Assembly (NCBI GenBank): GCA_020435205.1
Contig: JAGQZY010000001.1
Location: 58,229-122,228 of the forward strand
Reading direction: 5' to 3'
DNA length: 64,000 nucleotides
From: Bdellovibrionales bacterium
GTDB taxonomy: Bacteria; Bdellovibrionota; Bdellovibrionia; Bdellovibrionales; JAGQZY01
Of the stretch, positions 63,251 through 64,000 are shown piece after piece. Position numbers and translations under genes: made by a program. Positions within the stretch are counted from its first letter, which is position 1, and the number at the start of each line of letters is the position of its first letter. Under the pieces are notes generated by a model, which was given only the letters and a program-made list of their open reading frames with translations, did no database searches and was not told where the DNA came from.

Positions 63251-63658
63251 ATGAAACTATTGTTGGGCACAATGATCTTAGTGAGTTCCATGTCTTGGGC
63301 GGGTGCCAAAGAAGACAAAAAAGAACCTGGCGCCGAGATGGCTCGCCTTGAGGCTGAGATCAAAACTCTGAGTGCCGACAAATCCTGTAATCAGAATGAG
63401 GACTGCGACAAGGTGGGTATGGGGAATCGCCTATGTGGAGGCCCGGCTTACTTTGAAGTCTTTTCTAAGCTTCATACGAATACTGCAACCATGCAAAAGC
63501 TAGCGGAACAACATCGAAAAGCAGCGCAAGAGTTTAATAAAACTCAAAATTCTGGAATGGTTGGGATTTGCGCTATGGCTCCGGTTCCCGAGGTTTTTTG
63601 CCAATCTGGCCAGTGCGTAGCAAAAAAAGCCAAGATGAGGACCTTAAAGGCCTTTTAA
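63251..63658 (+). CDS. Small secreted Cys-containing hypothetical protein
   Basis: ATG 63251. Signal peptide MKLLLGTMILVSSMSWA. 6 Cys residues. Confidence 0.5.
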   Translation: MKLLLGTMILVSSMSWAGAKEDKKEPGAEMARLEAEIKTLSADKSCNQNEDCDKVGMGNRLCGGPAYFEVFSKLHTNTATMQKLAEQHRKAAQEFNKTQNSGMVGICAMAPVPEVFCQSGQCVAKKAKMRTLKAF

Positions 63659-63730
63659 GCCGGCAAAGACTATAAATCCGCAGAAAAAAACGAGTTTGAA
63701 GCTCCGTCTACTTTTGCTATAGTGCGCGGC

Positions 63731-64000
63731 GTGACGAATCCAATATCTCCTGAACTCTTAATGCCCGCCGGGTCTCCTCAAAAGATGGAGTACGCCTTTG
63801 CCTATGGTGCTGACGCCGTTTATTTAGGTGTTCCTTATTTTAGTTTGCGGGCTCGCGAGAACGAGTTCAATTTGGAAGCCTTGCATGAGGCTCGCAAGAT
63901 GGCCGATGAGCAGGGAAAGAAAATTTATCTCACGGCTAATATTTTCAGTAAAAACCGCAAAATCAAACCCTTTGAAAGTCAATTGGCCCACTGGGTGGAA
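63731..64000 (+). CDS. Peptidase U32 family protein (N-terminal 90 aa; runs off the window)
   Basis: My own translation: VTNPISPELLMPAGSPQKMEYAFAYGADAVYLGVPYFSLRARENEF.... The PELLxPAGS...GADAVY start is typical of U32. It is absent from the ORF track because there is no stop in the window. Confidence 0.7.
   Translation, partial: MTNPISPELLMPAGSPQKMEYAFAYGADAVYLGVPYFSLRARENEFNLEALHEARKMADEQGKKIYLTANIFSKNRKIKPFESQLAHWVE

Noticed and set aside
1-64000. Search for CRISPR arrays, rRNA/tRNA genes, IS elements, integrases and prophage genes
   Set aside because: I saw no short-spaced direct-repeat arrays, no cloverleaf-like conserved tRNA segments in the intergenic gaps of 150 bp or more, and no transposase, integrase or phage-structural-like ORFs. 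This was a visual scan only; tRNAscan/Infernal should confirm it.

Overview
This is a dense chromosomal window with about 75 protein-coding genes. I found no rRNA, tRNA, CRISPR array, transposase or integrase. By eye the GC content is moderate to low (not computed). The gene content fits a Gram-negative bacterium. The many secreted nucleases, proteases and small Cys-rich proteins suggest a Bdellovibrio-like or Oligoflexia-type lineage, but that is inference only.

Housekeeping content:
- A partial AceE-type E1 gene at the left edge.
- truA-rplM-rpsI, and asd-pssA.
- A compact lipA-E2-lpdA-lipB lipoylation/2-oxoacid dehydrogenase block with a convergent cobB.
- Cytochrome c peroxidase, thiolase, acs, typA, trxA, an rlmI-like gene, an OPT transporter and a Nu-class GST.
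- LysR with YceI and pirin, MgtC, and a Crp/Fnr-rhodanese-YeeE/YedE-permease sulfur block.
- A PLD/EEP pair, two M23 peptidases, queD, and a partial U32 peptidase at the right edge.
- The two window-edge genes are absent from the supplied ORF track. I recovered them by translating the sequence myself.

Most interesting signal: a candidate cell-surface display or secretion module occurs twice, in two architectures.
- At 6200-8625 it is split into two ATGA-coupled genes. The first encodes a secreted adhesin-like protein ending in a CFIxTAxxG 'CFI-box' module plus a TM helix. The second encodes an outer-membrane beta-barrel protein.
- At 27981-30554 a metzincin protease, the same CFI-box module, and a beta-barrel are fused in one 857-aa ORF. 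The fusion joint still looks like a signal peptide.
- The fused copy is ATGA-coupled upstream to a GT9 heptosyltransferase.
- Downstream of it lie an unannotated 37-aa hyperbasic micro-ORF and a CxxCH protein with a Cys-containing C-terminal sorting-type tail.

Other items worth a second look are a tandem pair of 14-Cys secreted paralogs with a roughly 150-bp tract of elevated identity, several internally repetitive Cys-rich small proteins, and a G8 tract inside a polytopic GT-C-like gene.

All family assignments rest on motifs read from the translations and on recall of the families. No database search was run.
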